From the NCBI GenBank assembly GCA_030295235.1, contig AP026125.1, forward strand, positions 2,046,001 through 2,110,000: 64,000 nt of DNA, given 5' to 3'. The notes beneath the pieces are model-generated. The model ran no database searches, was not told where the DNA came from, and was given only the letters and a program-made list of their open reading frames with translations. The stretch comes from Fistulifera solaris (Eukaryota). Below are positions 62,497-64,000 of the stretch, piece after piece. The translations under genes and the position numbers were made by a program. How positions within the stretch are numbered: the stretch's first letter is position 1; the number at the start of each line of letters is the position of its first letter.

Positions 62497-63895
62497 TTAC
62501 ACTCGCATAGTAGAAATTCCAGTAGATGACATGTTAGTGACAGAGTTCGTCCTCTTCGCAACAAGTTCCATACTCTGGAAAAGACGCGAAAGGTCAATGA
62601 TGGATTCTTCGTAGTACCCACTATCTTCTTTTGATCGACGGTCTTCAATCAAATCCGGAGCTGTCAAAATACCATCGTCCAGCGGAATACTGTGCGGCGG
62701 TGCGGTGCTCCGGTATAACAAAACACGGAATTCGAGAGAAACGCGAGTCGCATCAGTGGTATTTGCTACATCGAAATGAATGCATCGAGACCCGTCAAAG
62801 ATATAACCCAGACCAGCGGATTTGGCTATCAAAGGATGCCAGTCTTCACGTCCGGGATGAGATTCAACATAAAGCGCATTGGTTCCGAAGGAAGGTGTCA
62901 GCGGGACATGGAACTTCAGACAGCCAATACTGTGTCCTGAGGCCAGATCGCAGGTAGGTGAGAGAAGCTGTGTGTGCGATCCAGGTACATGAACGTGGAT
63001 TGTGGGGAAAGCCTGATATCGATAGACGATACATCCCGAAGAATTTGAATTGACGTGTAGCATTCGCTTCGATATTGCCATTTCATGGAGGAGTGGTATG
63101 CAAAAAGAATTTACGAAATTTTCGTAGGCGGAATGAATGCGTTCCCTAATCCCCGCTTGACTTAATTTGAATTGCAAATCCGAACATGGCTCTCCGCCAT
63201 ATACCTTGTGAAGACTAGCAAGATCGGTAACTCCTAATGTTGAAGCAATAATCTCATGGAGAGGATGGGTATGCGTATCAAAAAGAAACACTCTCTCTCC
63301 TCTCAAAGCAGTGTAAGGCACGCCCATTGAACTTGCTATCGATGCGTGCACCGCGTCGACTTTAAAAACGGTTCCATGAGCTTTCTTAGACCAGAATCAT
63401 GAAAGTCTGGTGATTGCAAGGCACCGTCTGTGTATTTTAAAATAGCTGTAGCAAGAGCAAGGTTGTCCTCATCGTCGGTGACAACACTCTGATCTGATTC
63501 CGAAGTTGTCACGCAGGATGCAAATGAACCTTCGGAGAAGGTACTGAAGCCTTCTGATAAGCTAGCAAAGACAGACTTGCTTCGACTCATTCCAAGGCCT
63601 CCAACGCTACTCTCTATTGATATTTGATTCATCGTGCCAATCCGATTCAAAGCTCCGAGCAAGTCGACACGCACTAAATTAGAGAATTTCCTTTGCGATG
63701 ATGGATTCGATGATTGAAGGGCTGCTTGCAAGAGCTTCTGGCTTGCTCTCGGTCATCCCGATGTTGATAGAAGTGATTTTGCGGTGATGGCGATGTTGAA
63801 AACGTTGATCGGTTCGTCGGGAAATGTCGAAAACCATCGAGAAAATGAAATGGCCACCTTTCGTGATTTTTTTTTGTGCGCATCATCGCAGCCAT
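62497..63895 (-). CDS. Protein with a Ser-rich N-terminus and a StrG-like/2OG-dioxygenase-fold C-terminal domain (frameshifted)
   Basis: YQAFPTIHVHVPG..GH..FHVPLT..TNALYVES.PGREDW..FDG..C.H..NTT..TRVSLEFRV. Confidence 0.65.
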
Positions 63896-64000
63896 CAACG
63901 ATAGGAGTGACGCCTACAGTACGGAAGACATCAAACGGAAAAAGCTCACGTTGGGCTTGATTTCTTCAGTAATAATCAATGACGTCATGTCGAAAGAACA

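Noticed and set aside
7960..63895. Frameshifts in many genes as pseudogenes or programmed frameshifting
   Set aside because: They mostly fall in homopolymer runs and affect conserved genes (SET, XRN, SmpB, DGAT2), which is typical of sequencing indels.

Overview
Gene-dense eukaryotic nuclear DNA from a diatom. The evidence is an Lhcf/FCP gene, ASAFAP-type bipartite plastid presequences, a DUF6824 gene and short GT-AG introns. Many single-base frameshifts at homopolymers look like assembly errors. About 25 genes are supported: Vps16, two HSFs, OHCU decarboxylase/HIU hydrolase, CRAL-TRIO-PH, a membrane-anchored kinase, a trithorax-type SET gene, SmpB, XRN, Lhcf, EamA, a methyltransferase, two dioxygenase-like genes, an LSD1-like oxidase, a YrdC-like gene, DUF6824, DGAT2 and several hypotheticals. 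Main observations: (1) Five same-strand SET-less genes lie just upstream of the full-length H3K4 methyltransferase gene, four of them clear paralogs of it. All five end in a shared ~75-aa Tudor-like domain that the parent lacks, the bromodomain Asn is lost, and identity is patchwork as in gene conversion. (2) A head-to-head SmpB/XRN pair in which both proteins carry bipartite plastid presequences. (3) A family of palindromic TCCAGA-n3-TCTGGA tandem arrays and a dispersed GACTG-n5-CAGTC palindrome. (4) A 571-bp MITE with 12-bp TIRs and an 8-bp TSD.
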